Shown in pieces: positions 57,046 to 64,000 of a DNA stretch of 64,000 nt. The stretch comes from an uncultured Lachnospiraceae bacterium. GTDB lineage: Bacteria; Bacillota; Clostridia; Lachnospirales; Lachnospiraceae. The stretch spans positions 30,087 to 94,086 of the forward strand of contig ONCT01000001.1 in NCBI GenBank assembly GCA_900316395.1. Reading direction: 5' to 3'. The notes beneath the pieces are model-generated. The model was not told where the DNA came from. It worked only from the letters and a program-made list of their open reading frames with translations, and did no database searches. Each line of letters opens with the position of its first letter. Position 1 is the stretch's first letter. The position numbers and the translations under genes are program-made.

Positions 57046-60000
57046 ATGCCTAAGAGAAAAGATATTAAGAAAGTATTAGTTATAGGCTCAGGTCCTATTG
57101 TAATAGGTCAGGCGGCAGAGTTTGACTACGCAGGCACCCAGGCCTGCCTTGCCCTCAAGGAGGAGGGCTACGAGGTTGTTCTTGCCAACTCCAATCCTGC
57201 AACAATAATGACTGACAATTCTATTGCTGACAAGGTGTATATGGAGCCCCTTACACTAGAATATATGGCAAGGATATGCAGGTACGAACGACCTGATGCT
57301 CTGCTACCTGGAATTGGAGGCCAGACAGGTCTTAATCTGTCCCTTCAATTACACGACAAGGGCGTCTTAGACGAATGCGAGATTGAACTTTTAGGAACTG
57401 ATGCCTCTAGCATAAGACGTGCAGAGGACAGGGAAGAGTTCAAGGAATTATGCGAAATGTTAGGAGAACCAGTAGTTCCATCTATGATTGCCAACACCCT
57501 AGAAGAGGGACTTAAGGCAGCAGAGGATATCGGCTATCCCGTAATTCTACGACCAGCATTTACACTTGGTGGAACAGGCGGAGGCTTTGCCAATGACGAA
57601 GAAGAGATGACAAGGATGATGAAGAATGCATTATCCCTATCGCCAGTACATCAGGTGCTAGTTGAAAAGTCTATCAAGGGCTACAAGGAGATTGAATATG
57701 AAGTAATTCGAGATGCTGCTGATACAGCAATTACTGTATGTAATATGGAGAATCTCGACCCGGTAGGAATTCATACAGGTGATTCAATTGTAGTTGCACC
57801 AAGTCAGACCTTAACTAATAAGGAATACCAGATGTTAAGAAGCAGTGCTCTTTCCATCATAAGAGCACTAGAGATTAAAGGCGGTTGTAATGTTCAGTTT
57901 GCCCTTGATCCAGAATCCTTTGACTACTATGTTATTGAAGTTAATCCCAGGGTGTCCCGCTCCTCTGCATTAGCATCTAAGGCAAGTGGATATCCGATAG
58001 CCAGGGTGTCAGCCAAGATTGCTGTTGGAATGAATTTAGATGAGATAGAGCTTGCCAACACACCAGCATGCTTCGAGCCAACACTTGATTATGTAATAAC
58101 CAAGATGCCACGTTTTCCATTTGACAAATTCACATTGGCATCTAATGTCTTGTCAACACAGATGAAGGCTACTGGTGAAACCATGAGTGTTGGAAGGACA
58201 ATGGAAGAAAGTCTTCTTAAAGCAATCAGGTCTCTAGAGGATGGGAAGAATCATATCCATCTTGAGAAATTCGATGTGGCAAGTCTGTCTAAGTCTAATA
58301 ACAAGAAGGAAGCAATAGATAAGCTCCTTGATTATATAGAGGAAGGAACAGATGACAGGTTATATGCAATATCTGAGCTGCTGTGGCTTGGAGTTGACCC
58401 GCAGATTATCTATACGAGAACGAAGATTGATATGTTCTTCTTAGATAAGATTAAGAGAATCGTTGACTTTGAAGTAAAGCTAGAAGAGCATGGTAAGGGT
58501 GATGCTAGTCTTGACAAGTCGCTATTATATGATGCTAAGCGAATGGGATTTTCTGATTCATATATTGCCGAATTAGTCGGATGTGAGGAGGATGATATAT
58601 GGCAGCTTCGCAAGAAATATAACATTTACCCTGTATACAAAATGATAGACACATGTGCCAGTGAATTCGAAAGCTATGTACCATACTTCTATTCAACATA
58701 CGAAGATGAGAACGAATCCATTGTGTCTAATAATAGGAAGATTATCGTCCTGGGTTCTGGCCCGATTAGAATCGGTCAGGGTGTGGAATTCGATTATTCC
58801 ACAGTCCATGCAGTTAAGACCATTCACGAAATGGGATATGAGGCCATTGTAATTAACAACAATCCAGAGACTGTTTCTACAGATTATACTACAGCGGACA
58901 AGCTGTATTTTGAGCCTTTGACCATAGAAGATATTATGAATATAATTGACCTAGAGAAGCCAGAGGGAGTTATTGTATCCTTAGGTGGACAGACGGCAGT
59001 TAACCTTGCTGATGCCTTAGAGAAACGCAAGGTCAACATAATAGGAACTGACACCAAGGCCATATTTACAGCAGAGGATAGAGATGCCTTCGAGAACATA
59101 ATTAAGGAGCTTAAGATTCCTCAGCCACAGGGTGTAGCCGTAACTAATATTGAAGACGGAATTAAGGCAGCAGCAGACATAGGCTATCCTGTGCTTGTTC
59201 GTCCATCCTTTGTTCTTGGTGGTCGCGCCATGGAGATTGTTGCCAATGAGAAGATGCTAAGTCATTATCTTAAGAATGCCGTTGAGGTTGACAAGGACAA
59301 GCCGGTTCTTGTTGACAAATACATTGTGGGAAGGGAAGTTGAGGTTGACGCTGTATGCGATGGCAAGGACGTATTTCTTCCAGGAATTATGGAGCTTGTT
59401 GAGCGTACAGGTGTACACTCCGGAGATAGTATGAGCGTATATCCTCCATTTTCCATTTCCGAAAATGTTAAGAATACAATCTGGGAATACACCAAGAAGC
59501 TGGGAGTTGGAATTGGCATTGTGGGATTATTCAACATCCAGTTTATCGTAGATAGTGATGACAATGTATTCATTATAGAAGTTAATCCAAGGGCATCAAG
59601 AAGTGTGCCATTCCTATCTAAATCTACAGGGGTATCCCTGGTTGATATTGCAACGCGCGTTATGCTAGGAGAGAGTCTTGCAAGTCAGGGTTACGCTAAT
59701 AAGCTTCTACCAGAGAAGGATTTCTGGTATGTTAAGGCACCAGCATTTTCATTTGCCAAGTTAAATGGAATGGATGCCTATCTGTCACCAGAGATGAAGT
59801 CAACAGGTGAAGCAATAGGCTATGACAAGAGTCTGAAGCGAGCATTATACAAGGCCCTTCAGGCATCAGGTACTAAGATGAAGGAATACGGAACAGTAAT
59901 TGTTACATTAGCTGACGAAGACAAAGAGGAAGCGCTTCCACTAATTAAGCGATTCTACGACCTTGGCTTCAACATTGAAGCTACAATTGGTACAGGAACC

Positions 60001-60264
60001 TTCCTTAAGGAGCATGGAGTAAGGACTAGAATTCGCGGCAAGATTAGCGAAGGCAGCAATGAGATTCTTGAAACAATTAAAGCGGGCTACGTTAGTTACA
60101 TAATCAACACAAGAGCCATACTGTCGGGAATTCATTATAATGATGGCGTTGAGATACGACATTGTGCTATTATGAATGGTGTGACAATGTTCACATCACT
60201 TGATACTGTAAGAATACTACTTGATGTACTAGAGGAAATCTCCCCTAGAATCAGCGTGATATAG
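57046..60264 (+). CDS. carB: carbamoyl-phosphate synthase large subunit
   Basis: 1072 aa, duplicated ATP-grasp modules (VLVIGSGPIVIGQAAEFDY / IIVLGSGPIRIGQGVEFDY). Confidence 0.95.
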   Translation: MPKRKDIKKVLVIGSGPIVIGQAAEFDYAGTQACLALKEEGYEVVLANSNPATIMTDNSIADKVYMEPLTLEYMARICRYERPDALLPGIGGQTGLNLSLQLHDKGVLDECEIELLGTDASSIRRAEDREEFKELCEMLGEPVVPSMIANTLEEGLKAAEDIGYPVILRPAFTLGGTGGGFANDEEEMTRMMKNALSLSPVHQVLVEKSIKGYKEIEYEVIRDAADTAITVCNMENLDPVGIHTGDSIVVAPSQTLTNKEYQMLRSSALSIIRALEIKGGCNVQFALDPESFDYYVIEVNPRVSRSSALASKASGYPIARVSAKIAVGMNLDEIELANTPACFEPTLDYVITKMPRFPFDKFTLASNVLSTQMKATGETMSVGRTMEESLLKAIRSLEDGKNHIHLEKFDVASLSKSNNKKEAIDKLLDYIEEGTDDRLYAISELLWLGVDPQIIYTRTKIDMFFLDKIKRIVDFEVKLEEHGKGDASLDKSLLYDAKRMGFSDSYIAELVGCEEDDIWQLRKKYNIYPVYKMIDTCASEFESYVPYFYSTYEDENESIVSNNRKIIVLGSGPIRIGQGVEFDYSTVHAVKTIHEMGYEAIVINNNPETVSTDYTTADKLYFEPLTIEDIMNIIDLEKPEGVIVSLGGQTAVNLADALEKRKVNIIGTDTKAIFTAEDRDAFENIIKELKIPQPQGVAVTNIEDGIKAAADIGYPVLVRPSFVLGGRAMEIVANEKMLSHYLKNAVEVDKDKPVLVDKYIVGREVEVDAVCDGKDVFLPGIMELVERTGVHSGDSMSVYPPFSISENVKNTIWEYTKKLGVGIGIVGLFNIQFIVDSDDNVFIIEVNPRASRSVPFLSKSTGVSLVDIATRVMLGESLASQGYANKLLPEKDFWYVKAPAFSFAKLNGMDAYLSPEMKSTGEAIGYDKSLKRALYKALQASGTKMKEYGTVIVTLADEDKEEALPLIKRFYDLGFNIEATIGTGTFLKEHGVRTRIRGKISEGSNEILETIKAGYVSYIINTRAILSGIHYNDGVEIRHCAIMNGVTMFTSLDTVRILLDVLEEISPRISVI

Positions 60265-60299
60265 GGGCTTAATCAGATAGATAAGATGAGGAGGCATAT

Positions 60300-61475
60300 A
60301 TGCAATATACTTATGAAGATGTAATTAGTTATATAGAAGAAGAGGATGTTAAGTTCGTGCGACTGGCATTTCGTGATGCATTCGGTGTGCAGAAGAATAT
60401 GTCCATTCTTTCAACGGAGATTGGTAAGGCATTTGAGGAAGGAATACCTGTAAGTGCAAGAGTAATTGCTGGCTTTAAGGACTGTCCTTATGCACTGTTA
60501 TATCTTAAGCCTGACCCTGATACTATGGCGATTCTTCCATGGAGACCAGACAGTGGCAGGGTGCTTCGTATGTATTGTGATATGTATACTCCAGATGGTA
60601 AGATTTACATTTCCGATACAAGAGCAATTCTTATGGATGCTGTAAATGAGGCTGAGAAGCAGGGCATTGAATTTCGATTCGGCAATGAGATGGAGTTCTA
60701 TCTCTTCAAGAAGGATGAGGATGGTAATCCTACGAAGGAGCCTTACGACAATGCAGGCTATATGGACATCGCTCCTTTGGACAAATGTGAAAATGTGCGT
60801 CGCGAGATTTCACTTACCATAGAGAGAATGGGGCTTAAGCCTGAGAGGTCACATCATGAGAGAGGACCAGGACAGAATGAGATTGACTTCCATTATGCTA
60901 AGGCACTTAAGGCCGCTGACCAGATGACAACCTTCAAGATGGTTGTTAGCACATTGGCTGATAGATATGGACTGGTGTCCGATTTTTCACCCATGCCTCT
61001 AAAGGATAATCCAGGCAACGGCTATCATATTAATATATATGCTGTTGATAGGGACGGTAACGATGTTGTAAGATATGTTGCCGCTGGTATTATTGACAAG
61101 ATTAGAGAGATTACAATATTCCTTAATCCGTCAGAAGAATCATTTTCAAGACTGGGTAATAACACTGCTCCAGACAAGGTTAACTGGTCTAGTGAAGGAG
61201 ATGCAGAGCTAATATATATTGAGACATATAATGGAAGAACAAGAGTTGAGCTTAGGTCGCCTGATGCGTCAAGTAATCCTTATCTTGTGTATGCTCTGTT
61301 AATAAGGGCAGGGCTGCTTGGTATTAATAATAAGCTGAGTCTTCCAGAAGAGAAATCAGAATCAGCGCTTAATCTACCAAGCTCAATTAAGGAAGCAAGC
61401 AAGCTTGCAATTGAGAGTGATTTTGTAAAAGATATTGTTCCTAAGGGAGTAATAGAGGAGTACACGTTGACATAA
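60300..61475 (+). CDS. glnA: glutamine synthetase family protein, short (391 aa) type I-like form
   Basis: Beta-grasp N-terminus VKFVRLAFRDAFG. Catalytic-domain motifs FGNEMEFYLF and HHERGPGQNEIDF. Confidence 0.8.
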   Translation: MQYTYEDVISYIEEEDVKFVRLAFRDAFGVQKNMSILSTEIGKAFEEGIPVSARVIAGFKDCPYALLYLKPDPDTMAILPWRPDSGRVLRMYCDMYTPDGKIYISDTRAILMDAVNEAEKQGIEFRFGNEMEFYLFKKDEDGNPTKEPYDNAGYMDIAPLDKCENVRREISLTIERMGLKPERSHHERGPGQNEIDFHYAKALKAADQMTTFKMVVSTLADRYGLVSDFSPMPLKDNPGNGYHINIYAVDRDGNDVVRYVAAGIIDKIREITIFLNPSEESFSRLGNNTAPDKVNWSSEGDAELIYIETYNGRTRVELRSPDASSNPYLVYALLIRAGLLGINNKLSLPEEKSESALNLPSSIKEASKLAIESDFVKDIVPKGVIEEYTLT

Positions 61476-61488
61476 AAGGAGGAGCGAT

Positions 61489-62061
61489 ATGCATAGACAA
61501 TCAGATATACGCTACTCCATTCTGATAGTGTCTTCCTCTGAGAGATTTGTACATTTGGTTAAGAAGTCTTTAGATGGCTTTATCACTATTGATGTAAGAA
61601 AGAGTGGGTCCCTTGCAAGGCGAAGTCTTGTTGAGAGAGATTACGATATAATTGTAATTAACGCGCCTCTTCCTGATGAGTCAGGAATTGAATTAGTAAG
61701 AGATGCATCAGACAGAAGTCGTGCTCTTATATTATTTGTTACACCAGTAGAGCTATATGATGACGTTCTTGAAAATGTTACAGATAGAGGCGTCCTTGCA
61801 ATAACCAGTGAAATGGTTGAGAACAGACTTGATAAGGCCATTCGATACCTTACTGCGCTGCAAGGGCGAATACATCGTTTAGAGCAGAAGACTCTTACAC
61901 TTGAGGAGAAGATGACAGAGATTCGACTTGTCAACAAAGCCAAAGCCATACTTATTAATAAGAAGGGCTTAAGTGAAGCTGAGGCGCACAAAGCCATTGG
62001 CAAGCTGGCTATGGACAATGGAGTATCAAGAGGAGAAATCGCCAAGCGAATAATAGGTTGA
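61489..62061 (+). CDS. ANTAR-domain RNA-binding antiterminator with pseudo-receiver domain (NitR/AmiR-like)
   Basis: C-terminal ANTAR IRLVNKAKAILINKKGLSEAEAHKAIGKLAMDNGVSRGEIAKRII. The receiver-like N-terminus has IVINAPLPDESG, i.e. Asn where the phospho-acceptor Asp is expected. Confidence 0.85.
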   Translation: MHRQSDIRYSILIVSSSERFVHLVKKSLDGFITIDVRKSGSLARRSLVERDYDIIVINAPLPDESGIELVRDASDRSRALILFVTPVELYDDVLENVTDRGVLAITSEMVENRLDKAIRYLTALQGRIHRLEQKTLTLEEKMTEIRLVNKAKAILINKKGLSEAEAHKAIGKLAMDNGVSRGEIAKRIIG

Positions 62062-62079
62062 CAAACTTGTTTTGTAAAC
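62056..62079 (+). repeat. GTTGACA-palindrome family copy (degenerate) containing the ANTAR gene stop codon
   Basis: GGTTGACAAACTTGTTTTGTAAAC. TGA at 62059-62061. Confidence 0.6.
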
Positions 62080-62084
62080 AATTA

Positions 62085-62116
62085 AGGGGCTGACAAAGCT
62101 GTCAACCCCTCTTTTA
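62085..62116. terminator. bidirectional terminator between the ANTAR gene and the convergent surface-protein gene
   Basis: AGGGGCTGACA-aagc-TGTCAACCCCT followed by CTTTT. The stem again contains TGACA/TGTCAAC. Confidence 0.8.
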
Positions 62117-62118
62117 GT

Positions 62119-64000
62119 CTATTGATACCAGCAGATTCCTTCATCCTGCCAACCGATGCTTGTTAAGTAAGAATACTCTGATAAGCTATTGGTATAGTGA
62201 TGAGTGTTATTAGTTGCGTAAGGATTGAAGAGTCTGTAAACTGGATTCTCGCCACTTGACTTAGCATAGAAGCATATGCCTTCATCCTGCCAGCCAATAG
62301 TTGCTAGGTAATTATGCTCAAATATGTTGTTTGTGTAGTGATGGTCTCCGGAGTAAGGGTTGTACAGACGATATACAGCATTTGTCGAGTTGCTATTATT
62401 ATCGCCGTAGAAAGCAATTCCTTCGTAAGTCCAACCAGTTGCTTGAAGTATTTCCTTTTCAAATTCATTAATTGTATATAAGTGGTCACCACTGATAGAA
62501 TTGTAGAGTCTATATACAGGTGTGGAAGTTTCAACGCCTTCATTCTGATTATCATTTTCGTTATTGCCAGACTCACCACTAGGTGTACCTTCGTTACCAG
62601 AAGGAACGAATCCAGAGCCGGAACCATTAGTTGTAGCAGTTGCTACTGCAGTACCATTAACACTAAGTGTATATGTACTTCCTGATGTAAGAAGTGGACT
62701 TGCGAATATTACGCTGTTAGCACTCTTCTTAACTGTGGTTGTATATATAGTATTGCCTGATGCGTCTAAGATTGAAACGCTATCCCCTGCGTTAAGTGAT
62801 ACAGAGCCTTGCTGGTTCATACCGCCACTCATATTACTCGGCATACCACTTGGCATTCCGCCACTCATATCAGAAGGCATTCCGCCGTTCATTCCACCAG
62901 GTCTACCGCTAGGACGACCGCTTGTATTTCCTGACATATCTCCAGGCATACCACCGTTCATTCCGCTAGGCATACCACTTGGCATACCATCGTTCATTCC
63001 ACCAGGCATTCCGCTGTTCATTCCACCAGCCATTCCGCCAGTACCGAAGAATACATAATTACCACTAGTAAATCCTTGCTGCATTCCTCCCATACCGATT
63101 CCAATTATAGTTCCACCATTAACTGTTATAGATGAATTCTCACCCCAGTCAATTGGATTATTATCGTTTTGTGTTGATGATGATATATCTGTCACACCAC
63201 CAGATACAAGTATTGTTCCATTAGAGTCGATACCATCACCACCGGCATTAACATACCATGTTCCACCGTATATATTAAGTGCGTAAGAGTAATCTGTAAG
63301 ATCAGAGTTGGCTGCGTTGATTCCATCATCAGATGATGTAATATAACCAGTACCACCGTATAGATTAACAGTTGCGCCCTCTAATCCTTCTGTAGAATTC
63401 GTCACATTAATTGTTGCACCAGCAGTACTTCCACTTTGGCCAATGTTAAGAATGTAATCTGACTTGATTCCATCATCGGCAGCGCTTACATTAATATTTC
63501 CACCAATGATATTAAGTCCAGCAACACCATCTGCTCCGTCGCCAGATATACCATCGTTAGAAGCAGTTACATTAAGTGTGAAGCTGTCAGTTGCAGAGGC
63601 GCCAATATTAATTGTAGCATTATCGCCACCCTTGATGCCGTTCTTACATACACCATTAATATTAAGTGTACCGGTACCTGTTATAGTAAGGTCACCATCA
63701 TCCTTAAGCTTTAGCGCTGCTCCATCGAATGCGTCAGCAACTTCTTCATCTGTTGACTCCTCGTCGGCAGGGTCCTCATTATCTGTTAAGGTGTTAGTTC
63801 CATTTATAACGATTGTTGTATCTGTATTTTGCTTATTGATACAAATTGGAGCGCCAGTGCTACTAGCTAGTGTTAAGTCCTGTAGAATAAGAGTTACTCC
63901 TGTTGTTCCTTTCTTAACAGTAACTGAACCATCAGAACAATTACCTGTTATGATATAGACACCAGATTCCTTGATTGTAAGGTCATTACCCTCTATCTTA
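62119..64000 (-). CDS. large secreted/surface protein, partial (N-terminus beyond window): beta-helix carbohydrate-binding-type repeats, Gly/Met/Pro/Ser linker, three C-terminal YRLYNP...GW..EG repeats
   Basis: I read the minus frame and it is open from 62119 to the window end, with no in-frame stop. Repeats DDGINA/GDGIDSNG are beta-helix-like. The C-terminus carries 3x VYRL(Y/F)NPxxGDHxYT...GWxxEGIxF. Confidence 0.7.
   Translation of the reverse strand, partial: KIEGNDLTIKESGVYIITGNCSDGSVTVKKGTTGVTLILQDLTLASSTGAPICINKQNTDTTIVINGTNTLTDNEDPADEESTDEEVADAFDGAALKLKDDGDLTITGTGTLNINGVCKNGIKGGDNATINIGASATDSFTLNVTASNDGISGDGADGVAGLNIIGGNINVSAADDGIKSDYILNIGQSGSTAGATINVTNSTEGLEGATVNLYGGTGYITSSDDGINAANSDLTDYSYALNIYGGTWYVNAGGDGIDSNGTILVSGGVTDISSSTQNDNNPIDWGENSSITVNGGTIIGIGMGGMQQGFTSGNYVFFGTGGMAGGMNSGMPGGMNDGMPSGMPSGMNGGMPGDMSGNTSGRPSGRPGGMNGGMPSDMSGGMPSGMPSNMSGGMNQQGSVSLNAGDSVSILDASGNTIYTTTVKKSANSVIFASPLLTSGSTYTLSVNGTAVATATTNGSGSGFVPSGNEGTPSGESGNNENDNQNEGVETSTPVYRLYNSISGDHLYTINEFEKEILQATGWTYEGIAFYGDNNSNSTNAVYRLYNPYSGDHHYTNNIFEHNYLATIGWQDEGICFYAKSSGENPVYRLFNPYATNNTHHYTNSLSEYSYLTSIGWQDEGICWYQ

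Overview
Chromosomal window from a low-GC Firmicute. Gene content and protein style suggest a Clostridia/Lachnospiraceae-type anaerobe, but that is inference only. Nearly all genes are on the + strand.

Gene order:
- 3' end of rpoC, then two DUF4190-like membrane proteins.
- Envelope lipid genes: lgt, a divergent plsY-like gene and a GT28 glycolipid synthase.
- A 9-kb Tad/Flp type IVb pilus locus (4.2-13.3 kb) with two prepilin peptidases, a P-loop-less TadZ-like protein, CpaF, TadB/C, an Flp pilin, TadE-like proteins and an FHA protein.
- A pantothenate/CoA operon: DUF2520 reductase-like gene, panBCD, coaBC, then an orphan binding protein, a flavodoxin/SCP2-like protein and a HIT protein.
- Housekeeping genes: murG, SleB-like hydrolase, argF, birA, coaX, dusB, greA, lysS.
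- A small accessory patch: MqsR-like toxin with a zinc-ribbon/HTH/DUF4065 antitoxin, a macro-domain protein, an acid phosphatase and an orphan Nif11-leader peptide.
- A minus-strand LytTR-DUF3021-GGDEF unit.
- A 26-kb nitrogen/glutamine block (35.7-62.1 kb): asnB, type III GS, Amt-PII fusion, purF, a PPDK_N-type enzyme, HTH-Fic, gltBD, dapL, pyrG, carAB, a short GS and an ANTAR regulator.
- A partial surface-protein gene on the minus strand.

I recognised no rRNA, tRNA, CRISPR array, transposase or integrase.

The most unusual signals are non-coding:
1. Four long hairpins share an almost invariant 23-nt apical loop (nAnGCGATTTTCTnnATGAGCGy) on unrelated stems. All four lie in the nitrogen block.
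2. A family of 25-30 nt GGTTGACA...TTTTGTCAAC palindromes. The embedded TGA is the stop codon of three unrelated genes.
3. A hexaloop (AAAGGC) hairpin overlaps an intrinsic terminator upstream of both asnB and gltB, with compensatory stem changes. These are plausible targets of the ANTAR regulator.
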